This document shows positions 20,352-29,766 of a DNA stretch of 64,000 nucleotides, piece after piece. This DNA comes from an uncultured candidate division Zixibacteria bacterium (lineage in GTDB: Bacteria; Zixibacteria; MSB-5A5; GN15; PGXB01). The stretch is taken from positions 2,112,001 to 2,176,000 of the forward strand of contig OY969724.1 of assembly GCA_963702205.1 (NCBI GenBank). The letters are read 5' to 3'. Each line of letters begins with the position of its first letter. The stretch's first letter is position 1. The notes beneath the pieces were generated by a model. The model saw nothing but the letters and a program-made list of their open reading frames with translations, had not been told where the DNA came from and made no database searches. The translations under genes were made by a program, and so were the position numbers.

Positions 20352-22847
20352 TTATACCGACTTTTTCGCTCCAAAAGAATCAATAAAATCGGAAATCGCG
20401 ACGCTAATTTCACCGGCCGACTGATAGCGGGCGTCCGGATCTTTGGCCAGTGCTTTGTTGATCACGCGATCAAATAAGTTAGGGATAGACGGATCTATAG
20501 ACGACGGCGGTTCCGGGTCGTTGTTGACAATATTATAAATAAGCGAGGTCAGATTTTCTCCCCGGAAAGGTCGGCGCTGCAGCAACATTTCATACATGAC
20601 CACCCCCAGACTGAATATATCGGTGCGGCGGTCAATTTTCTTGCCGGACAATTGTTCGGGTGAAATGTAATTGGGCGTTCCCATGGCGATGCCGGTGCGG
20701 GTCATCGATGATGAATCGACACGGGCAATACCGAAGTCCATGACCTTGACCTTGAAATCGGCCAGGATCATTATATTGGCCGGCTTGATATCACGGTGCA
20801 CTATGCCCTGACTGTGGGCATAATCGAGGGCCATACATATCTGCGACATGATCTGCGAGATGATGCGGTAGTTCATTTTCGTTTTCTTGCGGATAAGGTC
20901 CTCGAGGGTTTGTCCCTGGAGATATTCCATGGCGATATACTGCAGGTTCTTTTCGGTGCCGACGTCGTATATGGTTACGATATTCGGGTGTGATAAATTC
21001 CCCGCCGCCTGGGCCTCGCGGAACAGTCTTTCTTTAAGTTCGGCCAGCTCTTCGGGATCGTTGACAAAATCCAAGCGGATTGTCTTCAAGGCGACATTTC
21101 TGTTGATGGCAGGGTCCATACCCTTATAGACGGTCCCCATGGCTCCTTTGCCAAGTACTCCGACCACCTGGTAACGACCGAGCTGCTTGATTCTCTGGCT
21201 GTCAGGGACCATGTCGATTCCCGAAGAATCATTGTCGGAACTTTCACACATTTCCCGGCTGTCCTGATCATGGTCGATATTGATATTATTGTGTTCGACG
21301 TGCCTAAAATCATGATCTTCACCTGAGGAACCCGAGGAATCCACTTTAGGAGATGGAGTGGTAGAAAAGGCCTCGGTCCTTTGCTCGTTGGCATAATTGT
21401 TGCCGACGGTTTTTTCCATGGACGGGGCTTTGCCACGACTGTTGCCATAGTCCATTTTGACCGTTTCTTTTGGTGCTCCGGCGCTCCGCGCATGTACCGG
21501 CGCAATTGGCGGAGTGGCTGGGCGCGGTGTATGGTTCGGCGTATCGTCAAGGTGCACTTTGGGCGGACCGGACCGGCCTGATTTCTTGCCGGAGCTATCC
21601 CTTTTGGACGCAAGGCGCTCGAGAAGATCGCTTTCCAAAAATGGGCTGGCGATCAAAAGCAGGAATATTTCCAGGGCAATATAAAGCGTCCGGTACAAGA
21701 TGCTGTATGAATTGAAGAGGATGAATGTTACATTAGCCAATATGAACAGCGAGATGAAAAGGATGATAAAACGGAATTTGAGCGATACCCGCGGCAGTAT
21801 GAAGGCAAACAGGCCGCCCAGGGCGAACAAGACGAGCATGTCAAGCCCTCGCGGGGAATCATAGCGCTGTATATAATTGGAGTGTATGATATTTTCGATA
21901 ACATTGGCGCGAACCTCGCCTCCAACGAGTTTATTCGATACCGGCGTGCGGAAATAATCCGTCAACTGGGTTGAAGTTAACGAAATTATGACCAGCTTAT
22001 TGGCCAGGCTTTCGAGGTTGATGCTTTCGTCGAGTATATCCGCCGCCGAAAATTTCATGAATGACTGGTTCGGCTTGTTATAATTTATGAACATGCAGGT
22101 TTGATTGTTTACCGGAATTTCGCCGTTGCCGAGGAAAACTCTGCCATCGCTTTGAACCGCAATCTGCGACGGTTTGTAGCCTTTGTAATTGGCCGCTGCC
22201 AAAAGCGAAGCCGACGGATAGTAAAATCCGTCATAGAACATTATCAACGGCTGCCAGCGAACCTTGCGGTCACTGTCATATATATTATATCTGAAGCCGA
22301 TTCCGGCCGAATACTGACAAAGCTGCTTGGGAGGCAGAAAAACATTTTGAGCCAGGACCGTGGCGTGTTCATCGAGTATCCCGAGATCGGTGTTGATTGT
22401 GACCGAATTGTCGAACAGGTAATCGGGACGGCTTATCCGGGCATTGCGAAAATCGGCGCGGTTGAACTGGTACGGAACAATGACGTTTTTGATCCATGAC
22501 ATTTGTCCGGCCAGAATATTGGTATAGCCCAAAGTATCTTCGTCGGTGTCGGGTTCGAAAACAAGATCGAGGAATACGGTTTTGGGATTACCCGAACCCA
22601 CCGCCGCAATGAGGTCGGCGATACGATCGCGGTGCCAGGGCCACTGCCCGTATTTAGAGATGGCCGCGTCGTCGATGTTAACCAGGACGACGTCGGAATG
22701 CATTTTCTGCTCACCCCGGAAGGAATAGAGCATGTCGTTGACTTTTCTTTCCAGTCCGGCCAGCGGCGAAAAGTTATTTGCATAGAGGGCCACCACGAAA
22801 AATGAAATAAGGAGGCACAGTATATATGACGAATATTTTCGTACCAT
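20352..22847 (-). CDS. CHASE2-domain membrane Ser/Thr protein kinase
   Basis: VVLVNIDD..GQWPWHR CHASE2, three TM helices, disordered linker, LGKGAMG, HRDIKPAN, DFG, GTPNYISPE. Confidence 0.92.
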   Translation of the reverse strand: MVRKYSSYILCLLISFFVVALYANNFSPLAGLERKVNDMLYSFRGEQKMHSDVVLVNIDDAAISKYGQWPWHRDRIADLIAAVGSGNPKTVFLDLVFEPDTDEDTLGYTNILAGQMSWIKNVIVPYQFNRADFRNARISRPDYLFDNSVTINTDLGILDEHATVLAQNVFLPPKQLCQYSAGIGFRYNIYDSDRKVRWQPLIMFYDGFYYPSASLLAAANYKGYKPSQIAVQSDGRVFLGNGEIPVNNQTCMFINYNKPNQSFMKFSAADILDESINLESLANKLVIISLTSTQLTDYFRTPVSNKLVGGEVRANVIENIIHSNYIQRYDSPRGLDMLVLFALGGLFAFILPRVSLKFRFIILFISLFILANVTFILFNSYSILYRTLYIALEIFLLLIASPFLESDLLERLASKRDSSGKKSGRSGPPKVHLDDTPNHTPRPATPPIAPVHARSAGAPKETVKMDYGNSRGKAPSMEKTVGNNYANEQRTEAFSTTPSPKVDSSGSSGEDHDFRHVEHNNINIDHDQDSREMCESSDNDSSGIDMVPDSQRIKQLGRYQVVGVLGKGAMGTVYKGMDPAINRNVALKTIRLDFVNDPEELAELKERLFREAQAAGNLSHPNIVTIYDVGTEKNLQYIAMEYLQGQTLEDLIRKKTKMNYRIISQIMSQICMALDYAHSQGIVHRDIKPANIMILADFKVKVMDFGIARVDSSSMTRTGIAMGTPNYISPEQLSGKKIDRRTDIFSLGVVMYEMLLQRRPFRGENLTSLIYNIVNNDPEPPSSIDPSIPNLFDRVINKALAKDPDARYQSAGEISVAISDFIDSFGAKKSV

Positions 22848-22866
22848 GATTTTTACCTGTCTTATC

Positions 22867-23595
22867 TTACGCGCCGACCGAGAGCCTTTCGATTAAGAAC
22901 TCCGGCAATTGGGCCTTGGCCATTTTCTCCTGGGTTTTCTTGATGTCGTATTCAACCCGGCGATATTCCATATTTCCACCGGTTACGTCGATCGTAACAT
23001 AGCACGCCCGGCAATCTTTATCGCGGGGCTGCCCGACCGAGCCGACGTTTATAAGGTGCTTTTTATCCTTGACGAATTTGTGCTTTGTTTTGAAATGCGC
23101 CGTCACCTCACCGCTGTCCTGCCGTACAAACAGAACCGGAATGTGAGAATGGCCCACAAAACACGCGGATTGAGGAAAGTGCTGAAACTGCTCGGCGGCC
23201 TGCTCCACGTTAAAAACATACTGCCACGCTTCGGGTTCTTTGGGGGTGGCATGGACCAAATGGAAATCCAGAAAATCCGCATCGAATTCGAAGTCGGTCA
23301 GCTTTTCGATGGTCTTCTGTTTGAGCGATGCCTGTGTCCATTCCAGGGAAGCCCGGGCCGCCTTGTTGAATGATTCGGCCGACTCCAGGCCCAGTGCAGC
23401 ATAATCATGGTTTCCCATAATTTTAATATCGCAGTGTTTGACGATCAAATCGACGCATTCATTCGGGTTACAGCCGTAGCCGATCGCGTCGCCGAGGAAG
23501 TGGATTTTTTCCACCCCCTGTTTCTCAATGTCTCGCAAGACCTTCTCCAGGGCTTCCAGGTTTGCGTGAACGTCCGATATCATCGCAATTTTCAT
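22867..23595 (-). CDS. Calcineurin-like metallophosphoesterase
   Basis: SDVHAN, LGD, GNHD, GHSH, NVGSVGQPRD; start moved to MKIAMIS. Confidence 0.9.
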   Translation of the reverse strand: MKIAMISDVHANLEALEKVLRDIEKQGVEKIHFLGDAIGYGCNPNECVDLIVKHCDIKIMGNHDYAALGLESAESFNKAARASLEWTQASLKQKTIEKLTDFEFDADFLDFHLVHATPKEPEAWQYVFNVEQAAEQFQHFPQSACFVGHSHIPVLFVRQDSGEVTAHFKTKHKFVKDKKHLINVGSVGQPRDKDCRACYVTIDVTGGNMEYRRVEYDIKKTQEKMAKAQLPEFLIERLSVGA

Positions 23596-23599
23596 GAGA

Positions 23600-24289
23600 T
23601 CAACTGCCTTCAACAAAACGATACGTTGATTTCCCGACTTGTATAATGTCACCATTTTTAAGCAGGTTCTTGTCAACCTGTTCGCCGTTTATTCTGGTTT
23701 TCCCTTTACGGCCCAGGTTAACCAGCGAATAACCCTCGTCATCTTTTACGATCTTGGCTTGAATTCCGGAAAGCATAAAACCCCTGGCGTGGACGTGAAC
23801 GAATTTGGCGCGCCCGATGGTTGTCACGTTGCGGTCTATACGGTATTCCGAAAAATCGGTATTCTCTTCGCCGACCAGAACCGATGCGCCCATGCGGCTG
23901 ACGATTTCACGGTCGTTCTGATCCTGCTTGAGCAGTTCCTTTTGCTTTTTGGTATTTAGAACCATGGTGCCGTCCATGCTGGCACCCGAGCTTTCATGGG
24001 TTACTTCGGTGCGATACTCCAGCGTGTATTTCCCGATCATGATCTCGTCGTGGTCGCGAAGGATTTCCTCGGTAATTTTGCGGTTGTTGACAAAAGTGCC
24101 GTTCAATGACTGATTGTCGATTATAACGGCGGCGCTGTCGTTAAACTCGATTTGAGCGTGCTTGCGGGATACCCCCCGATTGTCGAGAATAATATCATTG
24201 TCCGGCGTCCGGCCGAGGCTTAACCTTTTCTTTTCAGCAACGACTCTCTCGATTACTTTGCCATCGAATTTTATTACTATTTCCGGCAT
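23600..24289 (-). CDS. Tandem FHA-domain protein
   Basis: FHA1 has LGR...VSRKHA...SLNGTFVN; FHA2 (TIGR...) is degenerate. Confidence 0.88.
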   Translation of the reverse strand: MPEIVIKFDGKVIERVVAEKKRLSLGRTPDNDIILDNRGVSRKHAQIEFNDSAAVIIDNQSLNGTFVNNRKITEEILRDHDEIMIGKYTLEYRTEVTHESSGASMDGTMVLNTKKQKELLKQDQNDREIVSRMGASVLVGEENTDFSEYRIDRNVTTIGRAKFVHVHARGFMLSGIQAKIVKDDEGYSLVNLGRKGKTRINGEQVDKNLLKNGDIIQVGKSTYRFVEGS

Positions 24290-24400
24290 GGGGGTCTCCT
24301 TTCGTTATCCCCAATGTTTTATTTCATATATATTGCAGGCAGGCCATTTTGGCCGGGTGCCCGTATTGCATACACAATTAGAGTTAATTATATTGTCGGC

Positions 24401-25379
24401 ATGAGAATAGGAAACTTGACCCTTCAGGGAAATCTGATTCTGGCGCCCCTTGCCGGTATATCCAAGAGACCCTTCAGGTTGCTGGCTCGAAAGTACGGTG
24501 CGGCGCTGTGTTATACGGAGATGATTTCGGCCGATGCCCTGGTTCGCAATGATAAAAAGACGATAAAGATGCTCGACCACACGCCCGATGAGCATCCCAT
24601 TGGTATTCAACTGTTCGGTTCCCGGCCGGAACTGATTGCGGCCGCAAGCAAAAGGCTGATGGATTTTAAGCCGGATATAGTAGATCTTAATTTGGGCTGT
24701 CCCGTCCCGAAAGTCATCAAGAAAAATGGAGGCGCGGCATTGTTGAAAAATCCCGTTCTGGCTGAAGAAATCATGATCGCCGCGGTCGAGAATTCCAGCG
24801 TGCCGGTCACGATTAAAACCCGTTCGGGGTGGGCGGCCGATTCCCAAAACTATCTTGAAATCGGACGCCGGGCGCAGAAGGCGGGCGTTGCCGCCATGAC
24901 ACTCCATCCGCGAAGCCGGACCGAAAGATTCGCGGGAAAATCAAACTGGTCCTTGATAAAATGCCTTAGAGAGGAAATAACGATTATAGTCATAGGTAAT
25001 GGAGACGTAAGAACTCCTCAGGACGCCAAAGATATGTTGGATCAGACCGGCTGCGATGCCGTCATGATCGGCCGGGCGGCCCTGGGTAATCCTTATATTT
25101 TTTCACAAATTAGAGAATTCCTGGAGTATGATCGTATAATCCCTGAAATGACTCCGAACGAAAAAATAGAAGATGGCTCTGGAACACGCGCGCATGATGG
25201 CAACGCAGTACCCCGATCAGGTCGCGGCGCGGATGATGCGAAAGCACCTGGCGTGGTACACCAGGGGATTTTTAGAGGGACACGAGCTGCGACGACAGAT
25301 TATGAAACAGGAATCGTACGATGACATAGAAACCTGCCTGAACAATTACCTTTTAAATGCGTCCCAATTGAATGGATAA
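24401..25379 (+). pseudogene. dusB: tRNA-dihydrouridine synthase B with a +1 frameshift near 25170 (pseudogene or sequence error)
   Basis: LAPLAG, QLFG, NLGCP, GNGDV, VMIGRAA in the first frame. The C-terminus ALEHARMM...RKHLAWY lies in the +1 frame (25173-25379). Confidence 0.85.
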
Positions 25380-26148
25380 AGATCATCTCAAAAAAATGCT
25401 GACGCAGGTCAGCCGGGGCGATCTCGCACCCGATCAGGCGGTGGAAAAACTGCGCCACCTGCCATTCGAGGATATCGGGATGGCCCGGATAGATCACCAT
25501 CGTCAGATTCGTCGCGGACAGCCCGAGGTCATTTTCGCTCCCGGTAAGACGACCGGGCAGATAATTAAAATCGCCGGGAAAATCAGAAGAACGAATACGG
25601 ACGTCATAATCAGCCGCATGGACAAAAAACAATTTCCTTCACTAAAGAAGAAAATGCCTAAAGCGCACTATTTCGCCGATGCCCGCCTGGCTTTGATTCT
25701 CGCCGGTAATAAAAAACAACCAAAGGAATTGACATCAACTCGGGTCCTGGTTTGCACCGGCGGGACAGCCGACATTCCCGTAGCCGAGGAAGCGGCTCTC
25801 ACGGCCTGGATAATGGGCTGCCCCGTGGATCGGCTTTATGACGTCGGCGTGGCCGGCATTCACCGTTTATTCGACGGTGAGGACCTGATTAAAAGCGCGG
25901 GGGTGATAATTGCCGTCGCTGGGATGGAAGGCGCGCTGGCCTCGGTGGTGGCGGGGCTGGTCGACGTGCCGGTAATTGCCGTGCCGACGTCGATCGGCTA
26001 TGGCGCTTCCTTCGGCGGCATGGCGGCGCTGTTGGCCATGCTTAATTCCTGCGCCTCGGGGGTTACTGTGGTTAATATAGATAATGGCTTCGGTGCGGGC
26101 GTGGCCGCTGCCACGACCGCCCGACTGATCAGCAAAGGGGAACAATGA
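25372..26148 (+). CDS. larB: Nickel-pincer cofactor biosynthesis protein LarB
   Basis: IDHHRQIRRGQPEVI, DVGVAGIHR, AGMEGAL, VVNIDNGFGA. Confidence 0.93.
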   Translation: MDKDHLKKMLTQVSRGDLAPDQAVEKLRHLPFEDIGMARIDHHRQIRRGQPEVIFAPGKTTGQIIKIAGKIRRTNTDVIISRMDKKQFPSLKKKMPKAHYFADARLALILAGNKKQPKELTSTRVLVCTGGTADIPVAEEAALTAWIMGCPVDRLYDVGVAGIHRLFDGEDLIKSAGVIIAVAGMEGALASVVAGLVDVPVIAVPTSIGYGASFGGMAALLAMLNSCASGVTVVNIDNGFGAGVAAATTARLISKGEQ

Positions 26149-27335
26149 AGGTCCTATATGTGGACGCCGTTTCCGGAATAGCCGGAGATATGATGCTGGC
26201 GGCACTGGTCGATTTGGGGATGCCGTTTGAATATCTCAAAAAAAATCTTGCAAAGATGAATCTCGACGGCTATGAACTTGAATTCAAGAAGGTGGAAAAA
26301 AACCATATCGCCTCGGCAAAAATTGACGTGCACGTCTCGGAAGGGCACGTGAATCGTCACCTGAAAGATATTCGCGCCATTATCGACCGCGCGGGGTACA
26401 ACGAGATAATAAATGATTTCGCTGTCAAAGCGTTTGAAAAAATAGCCGTCGCCGAAGCCAGGATTCATAATTCTACGCCGGACAAGATTCATTTCCACGA
26501 AGTAGGCGCGGTCGATGCCATAGTCGATATAGTCGGAACGGCTATCGGGGTCGACTATTTCAAGCCCGGCGTTGTGTATGCTTCTCCCGTACCGATGGGT
26601 GGCGGCACAATCAAAGCGGCCCACGGTATTCTGCCGGTTCCGGCACCGGCCACTCTGGAGATTTTAAAAGGGCATAGAGTGGAGCATATTGGCGGGGACG
26701 GAGAGCGGGTCACTCCGACCGGGGCGGCCATCCTGATGACGTTGCTTGATTTTTTTGGCACCAAAGACCGACCATCATACGTTGTCGAGAAAATCGGCTA
26801 TGGCGCCGGGACCAAAGACTTTACGGACCGGCCCAATGTGTTGCGACTGGTGCTGGGCGGCTCTGAAGAAAACAAATCCGATCTGTCGGATGAAATCGAA
26901 GTTCTGGAAACCAATATCGACGACATGAACCCTCAAACCTTCGGGTTTCTGTCGGAGCGCTTATACAAGGCCGGGGCCAGTGAGGTTTATATTACGCCGG
27001 TATATATGAAGAAGAATCGTCCGGGCCAGCTGCTGACGGTCCTCTGCAAAAAGGACTTGGCCGGGAAATTGAGTGATATTATATTCTCCGAAACCACCAC
27101 AGCCGGTATCCGCTACCGGACAATGAAGCGCCGCATTTTGGCTCGGCGAATGATCCGGGTGCAAACCGAATACGGAAAGGTCGAGGCGAAAATATTGGAA
27201 TTTGGGAAAAAGAAGAAATTACAGCCGGAATATGACGACTGCAAACGGGCGGCGGAGGAACATGGTGTTCCTCTGGCCGAAGTTATCAGGGCCGCCGTCA
27301 GACAGGCTGAAATACAGGAAGGACTTGATAAATGA
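26145..27335 (+). CDS. larC: Nickel-pincer cofactor nickel insertase LarC
   Basis: SGIAGDM, IHFHEVGAVD, PVPAPAT, TPTGAA, ETNIDD, PEYDDC; single uninterrupted ORF. Confidence 0.93.
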   Translation: MKVLYVDAVSGIAGDMMLAALVDLGMPFEYLKKNLAKMNLDGYELEFKKVEKNHIASAKIDVHVSEGHVNRHLKDIRAIIDRAGYNEIINDFAVKAFEKIAVAEARIHNSTPDKIHFHEVGAVDAIVDIVGTAIGVDYFKPGVVYASPVPMGGGTIKAAHGILPVPAPATLEILKGHRVEHIGGDGERVTPTGAAILMTLLDFFGTKDRPSYVVEKIGYGAGTKDFTDRPNVLRLVLGGSEENKSDLSDEIEVLETNIDDMNPQTFGFLSERLYKAGASEVYITPVYMKKNRPGQLLTVLCKKDLAGKLSDIIFSETTTAGIRYRTMKRRILARRMIRVQTEYGKVEAKILEFGKKKKLQPEYDDCKRAAEEHGVPLAEVIRAAVRQAEIQEGLDK

Positions 27336-28297
27336 GCGCCAGGGTACTTGTCATTGCCGAACACAAAAACGGAAAATTATCACATATAAGTTATGAATTG
27401 ATCACTGCCGCCAAAAAAATCGGCGGCGAACTGATGACCGCTGTCATGGCCGAAAACGCGTCCGATATGGCCAACGATCTGGCCGCGCACGGGGGCGGCA
27501 AGGTTCTGTCGCTTTCCAGGGCCGGGTTTAAGTATTTCAATGACAGTGTCTATTGCAGGGCCATCACGGAGCTGATTGGCAAGCACCGGCCGACTCTGGT
27601 GCTGGTCCCGGCGACATTTTACGGCAAAGCCCTGGCGGGGCGCCTGGCGGCCGCCAATGGCGCCGCCATGGTCTCCGATATAACCGGTATCTCCGTCGAA
27701 GGCGATAACGTTGTATTGACACGCCCGTCGTACGGAGGCAATGTCATCGCCAATATTACCGGGACATCCGGCAAACTTACGATTGCCTCGATCCGGCCGA
27801 AAGTATTCGATGAGTCAAAAGATGGTTCCGGCGAAGTTGCCGAGGAATCGGTCAGCGACACCGTCTTCGATGTCAAGTCATCCGTGAAGGAAATGGTCGT
27901 CGAAAGCGGTCAGTCGGTCAATCTGAACGAGGCCGATGTAATCGTATCGGTCGGGCGCGGCATTCGCGGGCCGGAAAATCTGGCGCTGATAGAAAACCTG
28001 GCCAAAGCGGTTGGAGGGGCGGTCGGTGCTTCGCGTGCCATAGTCGACGCCGGTTGGATACAATACCGGCACCAGATCGGCCAGACCGGCAAGACGGTCA
28101 ACCCCAAACTCTATTTTGCTTTGGGCATTTCCGGCGCCATCCAGCATCTGGTGGGGATGCAGACCTCAAGGACGATTGTCGCCGTCAACCGTGACAAAGA
28201 CGCGCCAATATTCAAGATTGCATCGTATGGCATTGTCGGGGATCTTTTTGAGATAGTTCCGGCCCTGACTAAAAAATTCGAATCGGCCAACGCCTGA
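27332..28297 (+). CDS. etfA: Electron transfer flavoprotein alpha subunit
   Basis: GASRAIVDAGW, QIGQTGKTV, GISGAIQH. Confidence 0.93.
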   Translation: MSARVLVIAEHKNGKLSHISYELITAAKKIGGELMTAVMAENASDMANDLAAHGGGKVLSLSRAGFKYFNDSVYCRAITELIGKHRPTLVLVPATFYGKALAGRLAAANGAAMVSDITGISVEGDNVVLTRPSYGGNVIANITGTSGKLTIASIRPKVFDESKDGSGEVAEESVSDTVFDVKSSVKEMVVESGQSVNLNEADVIVSVGRGIRGPENLALIENLAKAVGGAVGASRAIVDAGWIQYRHQIGQTGKTVNPKLYFALGISGAIQHLVGMQTSRTIVAVNRDKDAPIFKIASYGIVGDLFEIVPALTKKFESANA

Positions 28298-28312
28298 TAA
28301 GATTTTTGGAAT

Positions 28313-28346
28313 AAAAAAAGCCGCTCCATTTGAGCGGCTTTTTTTT
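28313..28346. terminator. Bidirectional rho-independent terminator
   Basis: AAAAAAAGCCGCTC-cattt-GAGCGGCTTTTTTT between convergent genes. Confidence 0.88.
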
Positions 28347-28356
28347 ATTTCACTTT

Positions 28357-29430
28357 TTATGGATTCCCGTTCAAAGTGTCGATGTATGCCCTTATGTAGG
28401 CCACTGAACTTGATGCCAATCGCAAGCTGTACTTGGGATTGTGAATACCATTGCTCCGGTCGCCAGTCAGGAATCGATAATTATATATAGCACCAACGAC
28501 CCCTTCCGGACGAACATAACCTACGGTATCGAGAAGGCCAAGGCTGTCAAGTTTGAAAGCCAGCGAGTCCATAGCGTCGAAATACTCCTGCAATGTAGTC
28601 GTATTGTTATAAGTATCGAAAGCCGCAATGGCTGTGCTTGCTATGTGGCACCCGGACACGTTGCAAGATGCAATGTTTTCGATGCCGTTGTCGGTCATAT
28701 TCATGCTGTGCCCGCCCAATGAAAATCCGTTGGTGACCGAAACGTGGCATTTCACGCACCCTCCGGAAAACGAAACGGCGTGCTTTAGATTCGAATAATC
28801 AACGCCAGTATATTCAAAACCCCCCTGGCCGAGGAACATCTCTGCCTGATTGGATCCGTGCGGCCCCCAAAAATCTGTTATCAGAACGGAATCGTTTTCA
28901 TTGGCATCGAAGATGACATTAACTTCCGTCGCCACGTCCCTGATGGATTTATGACACATCACGCAGTTGTTGGAATTGCTGACGTCAAACGTGCCGCCGT
29001 TGATCAGGGTGACCGGATTGTCAAAGCGAAGCGTATAATCCCAGGTCGTATGATAATCATGGCAAGTTTTGCAGGCCATAGCGAGAGGTTCAGAGACCGC
29101 CGCGGTCGCCTGTGCAATATACCCCTGTGATGAATGGCACATAGGACCGCATACATTGGTTTTATATTGGCCAAAACCGTCGCTGATAGTCGTATCCACC
29201 AACCTGCCGGATGCATGGCCCGCATTGTAAAATTCCTCTTTGGCAATGTCGAGGATAGAATTTTGGTCCGAATGGCAGGCGGCAACGCAAGTGCTGTCCA
29301 TAACAGTAACCGTCTCAAAGTTACTTACGGTATTATCTTCGGTTACGAGTTTATCACAGGCAGGGAGACTGATCAAGAGTGAAAAACCTGCCATGGCAAT
29401 CAAAATAAAAAAGGGAAGAAATTTCTTCAT
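28357..29430 (-). CDS. Multiheme c-type cytochrome lipoprotein
   Basis: LPAC lipobox; CKTCH, CVMCH, CVKCH plus CVAACH, CGPMCH, CNVSGCH; C-terminal DRSNGIHNPKY. Confidence 0.82.
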   Translation of the reverse strand: MKKFLPFFILIAMAGFSLLISLPACDKLVTEDNTVSNFETVTVMDSTCVAACHSDQNSILDIAKEEFYNAGHASGRLVDTTISDGFGQYKTNVCGPMCHSSQGYIAQATAAVSEPLAMACKTCHDYHTTWDYTLRFDNPVTLINGGTFDVSNSNNCVMCHKSIRDVATEVNVIFDANENDSVLITDFWGPHGSNQAEMFLGQGGFEYTGVDYSNLKHAVSFSGGCVKCHVSVTNGFSLGGHSMNMTDNGIENIASCNVSGCHIASTAIAAFDTYNNTTTLQEYFDAMDSLAFKLDSLGLLDTVGYVRPEGVVGAIYNYRFLTGDRSNGIHNPKYSLRLASSSVAYIRAYIDTLNGNP

Positions 29431-29766
29431 AGCAAAAGCCCTCAGTATTTTTATTAGCAAGAAACTGCCCCGGCGGCCTTTTGTCAAAATATAAATTCAA
29501 AAGCGCAGATATTTCCATATTGATAATAAATGAATAAACAATCAAAGACATGTGTCCGTATTAAGAACGGAAACAGGGTGGTTTGGGTGCCTAAATTAAA
29601 ACCCTAATTGCTTGACTTGGCGGTTTTTTTGACTATTTTTAGTTGATTATTGGAGGTATATATAGACAATATTTAAAGACTGAAGTTAACAGATTAATTT
29701 GGAAAGCCATAACCTTCTTATGATTCAAAGCCGGAGAAATCCATTAAAGCGCCGGCTATTTTTATT

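Noticed and set aside
25160..25175. Programmed ribosomal frameshift in dusB
   Set aside because: A +1 shift is needed, but the +1 frame has TAG right after the A-run and no stimulatory signal is visible.
26145..27335. Programmed frameshift in larC
   Set aside because: The gene is one continuous ORF with both domains.
28357..29430. NrfA nitrite reductase
   Set aside because: No CXXCK active-site motif and no nrfH neighbour.
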